Made by a program: the position numbers and the translations under genes. A stretch of 24,000 nucleotides of DNA, taken from NCBI GenBank assembly GCA_963776765.1, contig CAVZOK010000003.1:224247-248246 (forward strand), given 5' to 3'. The notes beneath the pieces were generated by a model, which did no database searches, was not told where the DNA came from, and was given only the letters and a program-made list of their open reading frames with translations. Below, piece after piece: positions 16,266 through 22,974 of this stretch (position 1 is the stretch's first letter; the number at the start of each line of letters is the position of its first letter). This DNA comes from Candidatus Sulfomarinibacteraceae bacterium. GTDB taxonomy: Bacteria > Acidobacteriota > Thermoanaerobaculia > Thermoanaerobaculales > Sulfomarinibacteraceae.

Positions 16266-17096
16266 ATGCAGACCATGAAACGATTGTTGCTGATGTTCTC
16301 GGTGGCAGCCCTGGCGGTCCTCCTGGTGGGATGTGCATCGAGTGATCCGAGCACCTCGCAGGCGCCACCCGAGACGCCAGAAAAGAAACCCCCAGCCACC
16401 GTCGGCCAGGAGCGCAACGAGGGGGGGGGCGGTGGTGGACAGTCCGGCGCCGGCGAGGGCGGACAGGGCGGTGGCCAGGGCTCTGAAGGAGGGTCGGAAG
16501 CCGGGCACAGCGAGGAGGGGGGCAGCGGGGCCTCTGGAGGTCAAGAAACGGCAGCCGGTAGCCAGGGCGGCGGCTCGACCGACAACTCCGGCGGGCACTC
16601 CGGCACCCAACCGCCCGCCGGATCGCCGGCCACGGGCAACGAAGCGGCGGCGGCACTCGAGCAACAGCTCGAAGACGCGCTCCAGGAGTTCGACCGGCGA
16701 ATGCGTGAAGAAATGGAGCGCCTGGCTGAAGAGACCACGGATGCCGAACGAGCGGGATCCAGTGCCACCGGCGTCGGAACAGGCACCGGGCGTGGCTCGA
16801 GCGGCGGTGAGACAAGCGAGTCTTCACCATCTGGCGAAACCGAATCCGGCGGCAGCTCGGGCGAAGCTACGGAAGAGGGCGAGGACTCCGCTGGCTCCGT
16901 CGGTGGATCGGGCCCGGGCGGAGAAGGATCGAGCCGGGCGCCGGCGGACGTCGGCGACGGTGCGGACGACGACATCGTCGCTCGCCAGCTTCGAGAGGCA
17001 GCCATGGCCGAGGAAGATCCCGAGCTGAGAGAGAAGCTGTGGGATGAGTATCGACGCTACAAGTCGTCGCTTGGCGGCTCGAGCAAGGACGGATAG
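16266..17096 (+). CDS. Lipoprotein with a long Gly/Ser/Glu-rich disordered region and a helical C-terminal module
   Basis: A signal peptide and lipobox (LLVGC) are present. About 200 aa of low complexity follow (GGGGGGQSGAGEGGQGGGQGSEGG...). The ordered C-terminus reads DDDIVARQLREAAMAEEDPELREKLWDEYRRYK. The next gene starts 2 nt after the stop. Confidence 0.7.
   Translation: MQTMKRLLLMFSVAALAVLLVGCASSDPSTSQAPPETPEKKPPATVGQERNEGGGGGGQSGAGEGGQGGGQGSEGGSEAGHSEEGGSGASGGQETAAGSQGGGSTDNSGGHSGTQPPAGSPATGNEAAAALEQQLEDALQEFDRRMREEMERLAEETTDAERAGSSATGVGTGTGRGSSGGETSESSPSGETESGGSSGEATEEGEDSAGSVGGSGPGGEGSSRAPADVGDGADDDIVARQLREAAMAEEDPELREKLWDEYRRYKSSLGGSSKDG
16421..16429 (+). repeat. G9 homopolymer inside the first gene of the operon (codons 52-55)
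   Basis: This was read directly as gaGGGGGGGGGc. It is the longest homopolymer I noticed in the window. Confidence 0.95.
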
Positions 17097-17098
17097 CG

Positions 17099-18367
17099 AT
17101 GATCGCCTCAAGCCGGAGAGCCCGCCTGATTCTGGTGACGTCGACGCTGACCCTTGTTTTCTTCAGTTTCGGCTGCGCCTCACAGTCGGCCTCGGACCGT
17201 TCGACCCCGGCCATCCAGGCGGCCCAGGAGATTCCGGTCGAGGAGCTCCTCGACGTCGGCGTCACGATCTTCGATCCCGGCCTCCCACCGGAGGGCCAAC
17301 CGGTGCCGGACGACGTGTTTCCGGAGCTTCGCAAGGCCGAGGCCAGGTTTCAGGCAATCCAGCTCATGGAGACCATGCAAAGCACCGGCCAGTGGGGCGC
17401 CGTTCGGGTCCTTCCAGCCGGGCACGGCACCACCGACCTCAGGGTATCGGGCACGATTCTGCTTTCCACCGGAATGAAGATGGCCCTCGACGTCCGGGCG
17501 GTCGACGCGAGAGGAAAAGTCTGGCTCGAGAGGCGTTACCGGGCCCAGGCCCATGAGGCTGTCTATCTGGGGAGCGAGGTTTCGGAGCGCGACCCCTTCC
17601 AGTCGATCTACAACGAGATCTCCAATGATCTCCTGGACGCGAGGAGCAAGCTCCGCGCAGGTGAGCTGCAGGAAATCCGACAGGTATCGAGGCTGAAGTT
17701 CGCCGCTAATCTCGCGCCGGAACCTTTCGAGGACTACCTGACAACCAACAAAAAGGGGCGGATCAGGGTCAAACGCCTGCCGGCGCACGGAGACCCGATG
17801 ATGGCGCGCGTCGATGCCATTCGGGCGAGCGAAAACCTCTTCATCGACACCCTCGATCAGAATTTCGCGGCCTTTTTCGCAAAAATGGAAGCACCCTATG
17901 CGAGCTGGCGGAAGTACACCTATGAAGAGGAAAAAGCCTACAAGGCCCTCAAACGCAAGGCCTTGACACAGCAAATTCTCGGCGGATTGGCGATCCTCGG
18001 CGCCGCCCTCGCAGACCCCGGTTCTCCGGTCGCTTCCGTCGCACGCGACGCCGCCATGATCGGCGGCATGGCCGCCATCCACGCCGGCATCTCCACCTCC
18101 AAAGAGGCCAAGATCCATGCCGAGGCAATCCGCGAGCTGGCGGCCTCGGTGGAGACCGAGCTCGAGCCGATCGTGATCGAGGTCCACGGCCAGACCCTGC
18201 GCCTCTCCGGCTCCGCGGAAACCCAATACCAGGAGTGGCAGCAGCTGATGCGGGAGATCTGGGCCACTGAAACAGGACTGCCGGTGGATCCAAACCTGCC
18301 CGGCGGGCCGACCATTTACAGCGGACCGGAGGCTGGATCATCCATCGAACCTCCGGAGCAGCGGTGA
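17099..18367 (+). CDS. Probable lipoprotein of unknown family with C-terminal glycine-zipper-like hydrophobic segments
   Basis: The signal peptide ends FFSFGC, a lipobox-like sequence. The conserved-looking core is FPELRKAEARFQAIQLMETMQSTGQWGAVRVLP. The Gly/Ala-rich segments are ILGGLAILGAALA and AAMIGGMAAIHAGI. The next gene starts 3 nt after the stop. Confidence 0.7.
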   Translation: MIASSRRARLILVTSTLTLVFFSFGCASQSASDRSTPAIQAAQEIPVEELLDVGVTIFDPGLPPEGQPVPDDVFPELRKAEARFQAIQLMETMQSTGQWGAVRVLPAGHGTTDLRVSGTILLSTGMKMALDVRAVDARGKVWLERRYRAQAHEAVYLGSEVSERDPFQSIYNEISNDLLDARSKLRAGELQEIRQVSRLKFAANLAPEPFEDYLTTNKKGRIRVKRLPAHGDPMMARVDAIRASENLFIDTLDQNFAAFFAKMEAPYASWRKYTYEEEKAYKALKRKALTQQILGGLAILGAALADPGSPVASVARDAAMIGGMAAIHAGISTSKEAKIHAEAIRELAASVETELEPIVIEVHGQTLRLSGSAETQYQEWQQLMREIWATETGLPVDPNLPGGPTIYSGPEAGSSIEPPEQR

Positions 18368-18370
18368 GCG

Positions 18371-19474
18371 ATGGGTGACGGTAACGACAAACCAAAGCTA
18401 CGGCCGCCGCCGCGAGTACCCGCAGCAAGCACCTCTGATCTCGGAGCCGACTCCAACAGGGGTCGTCAAACTCCAGGCCCCGTTCGAACAGCCGTACAGG
18501 CAGCCGTCGTGACCGCTATGGTCCTCGGGCTGATCGGCGTGTTCGTCATTCTTCCGCGCTGGCAGGATGGACGCCAGACGAGGATTGCCATCGATACTGA
18601 GGCCCAACAACCCGTAGCGACGCCCCAAAGTCCGGTTCCAACCGACGAGGACACAACGCCGGTTTCGGACGCCACCATCTCAGAACCGAGTCCCGTGCCA
18701 ACAGCTACCCAGACCCCTCGTTCGGTCCCGGCCCGGGTGCAAAATACTCCGCGACGCCAACCGTCGACCGCGGAACGGGAGTACATCGAGGCCATGTCCA
18801 TGGGCCTTGCGGCCCTCGAAAACCGTCAGTGGCTGGCCGCGCAAGATGCCTTCGCACGGGCCTCTCGGCTGCGACCAGATGCGCCCGAGGTCGCCGACGG
18901 TCTCGCCCGGGCGAGGGCCGGTCAGCGCCGCGAATCGGTCGCTGACAGCCTCCGTCGAGCGCGCGAATTCGAAGCGAACGAGGGCTGGCACGAGGCAGAG
19001 AAAATGTACTCGGCGGTATTGGCAATCGATCCCGAGTCCGCGCCGGCGCTTGACGGCGCGAAAAGGGCGAAAATACGGGCCAACCTCGACGAAAAGCTCG
19101 AATTCCACCTCGCCAACCCCGGCCGTCTCTCGACCGAGCCCGTCTTCGATGACGCCACCTCCTGCTTGGAGGAGGCTCTGGAAACGGTGCCGAGCGGCCC
19201 ACGTCTCGAGGGACAGATTGCGCACCTCGAGGCCCTTTTGAAGATCGCGTCAACGCCGGTGGCGGTAGTGCTGGAGTCCGACGCCTCGACCGAGGTCCTG
19301 GTCTACCGGGTTGGCCGCCTGGGAACCTTCACGCGGCGTGAGCTCAGCCTCAAGCCCGGCACATACACGGTGGTCGGCAGCCGCAGCGGGTATCGCGACG
19401 TCCGCCTGCAGCTTGTTGTGGTACCCGGATCGCGGCCGGAAACGCTCGTCGTACGGTGCACGGAAAGCCTATGA
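18371..19474 (+). CDS. Single-pass membrane protein: short cytoplasmic N-terminus, TM, Pro/Thr-rich linker, TPR-like helical repeats, C-terminal PEGA-like beta domain
   Basis: The TM is AVQAAVVTAMVLGLIGVFVIL. TPR-like repeats include ALENRQWLAAQDAFARASRLRPDAPEV and ANEGWHEAEKMYSAVLAIDPESAPAL. The C-terminus is VAVVLESDASTEVLVYRVG...LKPGTYTVVGSRSGYRDVRLQLVV. The stop overlaps the next start in an ATGA at 19471-19474. Confidence 0.7.
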   Translation: MGDGNDKPKLRPPPRVPAASTSDLGADSNRGRQTPGPVRTAVQAAVVTAMVLGLIGVFVILPRWQDGRQTRIAIDTEAQQPVATPQSPVPTDEDTTPVSDATISEPSPVPTATQTPRSVPARVQNTPRRQPSTAEREYIEAMSMGLAALENRQWLAAQDAFARASRLRPDAPEVADGLARARAGQRRESVADSLRRAREFEANEGWHEAEKMYSAVLAIDPESAPALDGAKRAKIRANLDEKLEFHLANPGRLSTEPVFDDATSCLEEALETVPSGPRLEGQIAHLEALLKIASTPVAVVLESDASTEVLVYRVGRLGTFTRRELSLKPGTYTVVGSRSGYRDVRLQLVVVPGSRPETLVVRCTESL

Positions 19475-21897
19475 GTATCGTTTTTTCATTCGAGATCGGC
19501 ACCGAGCGGCGTGTCTACACCTCGGACGACATGCCCCTGAGTCTGGGCGGCGCTGCCTGCCATCTTGCCCTTCCCGGCCTCTCAGAAGAAGGCCCTGTTG
19601 CGTTCCTGGGCCATGACGGGGGAGAACTTTTTATTCAACCCTCGGAGGATCGATCGACTTCGGAGCCAGTGACCTGCAACGGAATTCCCCTGGCCGCATC
19701 TCGTTGGCTCGGCGACCGCGACGAGGTCGGCGTCGGTAGCCATCGTCTACGGTGCGAAATCAGTTCCGACGCCGTTCGTCTCGTGCTGGTACAAAAAGCC
19801 TCTCGGGAGGTGAAACCTCGTGGGGCGGTCGTCTCCGGGGCCCCACAAACCTCAGTTTCGGGTCGGGCGATCACGCCCACCGATTTCAAGCCGCGATGGC
19901 AGTCGCCACCAGCCCGTTCCCGTTTCCGCATCCGTTCGCGTTCGCTGTTGATGATCGCTGCCGTCGTCCTGCTCGCTGCCGGCGCCTTTTTTGTCCTCAC
20001 GGCGCGAGCGGTCCGCATCGAGACCAGCCCCACGGCCGAGCAACTCGATGTTCGTGGCAGTTGGCTGACGCCCAAGTTCGGCGACAGCTACCTCCTCCGC
20101 CCAGGGAGCTACACCGTGACGGCCGAAGTCGAGGGCTACCGCAGCCTTTCGGAGACTCTCGAGGTGAACAGCGACACACCGTCGGTGGTCGGCTTTGTTT
20201 TCGAACCCCTCGGAGGTCTTCTGACCATCATTTCGAGCCCGGTGGACGGCGCCGAGATCATCATCGATGGGGAGGCAGCGGGCACGACCCCGGCCTACGA
20301 GATCGAACTCGGGGCGGGTAAGCACATGGTCGAGGTCGCAGCACCGCTCCACCTCCCCTACCAGACCACCGTCGTTTTCGAACCCGGTGAACCGCCTCGC
20401 GAGCTGGCGGCCGAGCTGGTTCCCAACTGGGCCCCGCTGACCGTTGCCACAGTTCCCGCAAATGCGACTGTCTTCCTCAATGGAACCGCCGTCGGATCGA
20501 CTCCCCTCGAGCATCGGGTCGACGCCGGTGAGTTTCTGCTCGAGCTTCGTCGACAGGGTTTTAAAAATTTCTCCAGGGCCGGTCGCGCCATTGTTGGTGA
20601 AGCCGTCGACCTTGGGCTCATTCGGCTTGTCCCGGTGGACGGCCGTCTCGCTGTGGCCTCGGAACCGACTGGAGCCACTGTGACAATCAACGGAGTATTC
20701 CGCGGCACCGCGCCGCTCGAACTCGACCTCACTCCTGACAACACTTACCAGGTGACGGTCTCGATGGCCGGGCGTAGCACGTTCGCCACTGCGGTCGAGA
20801 TCTTTTCGGGTCGACGATCGGACGTTCGGGCCGAACTCGAAATGCTCTCGGGCGAGGTCGCCGTGACCTCCCAGCCGCCCGGCGCCCAGCTGCTGATTGA
20901 CGGCGTACCTTCGGGCACCACCGACCAGATCCTGGACCTTGAGGCGCGTCCCCACCAGATCGAGATCCGGCTTGACGGCTACGTTCCCTATCGCACGTCT
21001 CTCACCCCAGAGCCCGGGCTTCCGCAGGCAGTACACGCCGTGCTCAAAGAGGAAGGCCCGGCCGGGCTACCAGCAAACATCAAAAGCCCTCAAGGCCTCG
21101 AGCTGGCGCTGGTCGGGCCCGGACGCTTCACCATGGGTGCCGCCCGCCGTGAGCCGGGCCGCCGCGCCAACGAAGTCCTGCGCGAGGTCGAACTGACGCA
21201 AGCCTTCTACCTCGCAGTGCGCGAAGTCACAAACAAAGAGTTCCGGGAATTCCGATCGGGTCACCGGTCTGGCTCCGTCCGCAATTTCAATCTCGAGATC
21301 GACCACCACCCGGTCGTCAATATCACCTGGAACGATGCGGCGAAATACTGCAACTGGCTCTCGGAACGCGCCGGGCTGCCCCAGGTCTACGTCGAGAGGG
21401 GCGGCACGATGGTCGCTCGCACGCCGCTCCCGTCAGGCTTCCGGCTGCCGACCGAAGCCGAGTGGGCGTGGGCCGCCCGCTATCCGGATGCGGCCGACGC
21501 CCGCAAGTACGCCTGGGGCGATTCGCTGCCCGTGCCCGTCGGCGCCGGGAACTACGGCGATTCCACGGGCTCATCGGTGCTCGGCGGCGCCATCCCCGGC
21601 TACCGCGATAACCATGGCGCCACCGCTCCGGCGGGCAGCTATCAGCCCAACCCACTCGGGCTCTACAATCTCGGCGGCAACGTATCGGAGTGGATGCATG
21701 ACGTGTATGCGGTGACGCCCTCTCCGCCGAACGAGCTCGCGCGCGATCCCGTCGGACCCTCCGAGGGGGCGTACCATGTCATCAGAGGCTCGAGCTGGAT
21801 GGACACGAACACGACCGAACTCAGGCTGAGCTACCGGGACTACGGCGACTCGGCGCGGCCCGATCTCGGTTTTCGGATTGCGCGCAGCGCGCAGTAA
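19471..21897 (+). CDS. FHA-like (cytoplasmic) - TM - 5x PEGA - FGE-sulfatase/SUMF1-like domain protein
   Basis: I chose the ATG at 19471 because of the ATGA coupling. The N-terminal ~108 aa have an FHA-like pattern (LSLGG..CHLALPG...NGIPL..SRWLGDRDEVGVGSHRL). An RSRFRIRSRS stretch precedes the TM at 19942-20004. Five PEGA-like repeats lie at about 20010-21050 (for example GAEIIIDGEAAGTTP, NATVFLNGTAVGSTP, GATVTINGVFRGTAP, GAQLLIDGVPSGTTD). The FGE-like domain at 21097-21894 contains HPVVNITWNDAAKYCNWLS, RLPTEAEWAWAAR, LYNLGGNVSEWMHD and GFRIARS. Confidence 0.85.
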   Translation: MSIVFSFEIGTERRVYTSDDMPLSLGGAACHLALPGLSEEGPVAFLGHDGGELFIQPSEDRSTSEPVTCNGIPLAASRWLGDRDEVGVGSHRLRCEISSDAVRLVLVQKASREVKPRGAVVSGAPQTSVSGRAITPTDFKPRWQSPPARSRFRIRSRSLLMIAAVVLLAAGAFFVLTARAVRIETSPTAEQLDVRGSWLTPKFGDSYLLRPGSYTVTAEVEGYRSLSETLEVNSDTPSVVGFVFEPLGGLLTIISSPVDGAEIIIDGEAAGTTPAYEIELGAGKHMVEVAAPLHLPYQTTVVFEPGEPPRELAAELVPNWAPLTVATVPANATVFLNGTAVGSTPLEHRVDAGEFLLELRRQGFKNFSRAGRAIVGEAVDLGLIRLVPVDGRLAVASEPTGATVTINGVFRGTAPLELDLTPDNTYQVTVSMAGRSTFATAVEIFSGRRSDVRAELEMLSGEVAVTSQPPGAQLLIDGVPSGTTDQILDLEARPHQIEIRLDGYVPYRTSLTPEPGLPQAVHAVLKEEGPAGLPANIKSPQGLELALVGPGRFTMGAARREPGRRANEVLREVELTQAFYLAVREVTNKEFREFRSGHRSGSVRNFNLEIDHHPVVNITWNDAAKYCNWLSERAGLPQVYVERGGTMVARTPLPSGFRLPTEAEWAWAARYPDAADARKYAWGDSLPVPVGAGNYGDSTGSSVLGGAIPGYRDNHGATAPAGSYQPNPLGLYNLGGNVSEWMHDVYAVTPSPPNELARDPVGPSEGAYHVIRGSSWMDTNTTELRLSYRDYGDSARPDLGFRIARSAQ

Positions 21898-21910
21898 TCG
21901 GAGGAGAGAC

Positions 21911-22126
21911 ATGAAGCCGATCAAGCGACCCATCATCACAGGCCTCCTCGCGGTCCTGGTTTTCGCATCGGCGCTGACAGCGGGCTGGATCACAGCCGAC
22001 GCCGGCGCACCGCCACAGGAGACCACGGAGCCGCCCGAGTCGGCGAGCGAAGAGCCTCTTCCTGATTTCCAACCGTCGGAACGCCTCCCCGCTGACAGCG
22101 CGGTCGCGTTCCCGACCGACATTTGA
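21911..22126 (+). CDS. Small (71 aa) exported or single-pass acidic Pro/Glu-rich protein
   Basis: GGAGGAG lies 4 nt upstream of the ATG at 21911. The N-terminal hydrophobic segment is IITGLLAVLVFASALTAGWI. The C-terminus reads ...SERLPADSAVAFPTDI. The gene is wedged between operon genes. The track start at 21878 lacks an RBS. Confidence 0.5.
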   Translation: MKPIKRPIITGLLAVLVFASALTAGWITADAGAPPQETTEPPESASEEPLPDFQPSERLPADSAVAFPTDI

Positions 22127-22133
22127 GGCCGTC

Positions 22134-22970
22134 ATGCGTCGCTCAGATTCAGTCGACTTCGTTTTTCAGCTCACCTCGCTGATTGTGGCCCTGATCATCG
22201 TCCATGCGTTCTATGTGACCGTGGTCCGGCCTCGTGCCGACATCTTCTCGGCCGAACAGGCCTCCCTGATGGCGGCCGATCCCGAATATGTCCAACAGCG
22301 GTCGGTGTGGGTCATCGTGCGCGACTTCGAGCAGGAGGCGTGTTTCGTACTCATGTTGTGGGCGATGGCGATCATGGCATCCAAGGGCCTGACGACTGCC
22401 CGTGAGAACCAACTCCTCGAGGCCGATCTGGTGCCGGTGGCGGACGGCGTGCGGATTCTTGCCGAGGACTCGCGCGAATACGCGCGACAGATCGAGGCAC
22501 TGCCCACAAACCAACAACGGCTTTTGTTGCCGCGAGTGGTTTTGGCCGCGTTGCGCCGGTTCGGCGCGACCGGCAGCATCCAGGACGCCTCCGACACCGC
22601 TCACAGCACGGCAGAAACCGAGGCGGAGCGTCTCGACTCCGAGCTCGCGATGGTGCGCTACATCGCCTGGGCGATTCCCTCGATCGGTTTCATCGGCACC
22701 GTGCGCGGTATTGGAGCGGCCCTCGGCCAGGCCCACCGGGCGGTCGAGGGGGATATCACCGGAGTGACGCGGAACCTCGGCGTCGCATTCAACTCGACCT
22801 TTGTCGCCCTCCTGATTTCGATCATCCTGATGTTCCTCCTGCACCAGCTCCAGCTGCGGCAGGAGCGACTGGTCCTTGATACCGAGGCCTACGTCGATAC
22901 TCACCTCATCACCCACCTCCAAGCCGGCCCGGCGGCGTCCGATCGTTCGCAGAGAACCGGGGCGAGCTGA
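22134..22970 (+). CDS. MotA/TolQ/ExbB-family proton-channel protein
   Basis: The C-terminal signature is AIPSIGFIGTVRGIGAALG...GVAFNSTFVALLISIILMFLL, which corresponds to the MotA_ExbB TM pair. There are two N-terminal TM segments and a ~100-aa cytoplasmic loop. GAGG lies 5 nt upstream of the ATG. Confidence 0.85.
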   Translation: MRRSDSVDFVFQLTSLIVALIIVHAFYVTVVRPRADIFSAEQASLMAADPEYVQQRSVWVIVRDFEQEACFVLMLWAMAIMASKGLTTARENQLLEADLVPVADGVRILAEDSREYARQIEALPTNQQRLLLPRVVLAALRRFGATGSIQDASDTAHSTAETEAERLDSELAMVRYIAWAIPSIGFIGTVRGIGAALGQAHRAVEGDITGVTRNLGVAFNSTFVALLISIILMFLLHQLQLRQERLVLDTEAYVDTHLITHLQAGPAASDRSQRTGAS

Positions 22971-22974
22971 GCTC

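Noticed and set aside
16011-17111. Multiple overlapping ORFs in several frames and on both strands across the G/S/E-rich lipoprotein gene (16011..16664, 16264..16830, 16333..17028, 16541..17005, 16824..17111)
   Set aside because: Low-complexity GC-rich DNA lacks stop codons in most frames. Only the 16266 frame has a signal peptide plus lipobox, an ordered C-terminus and coupling to the next gene. The 16333 frame matters only as the read-through frame after a G-tract slip.
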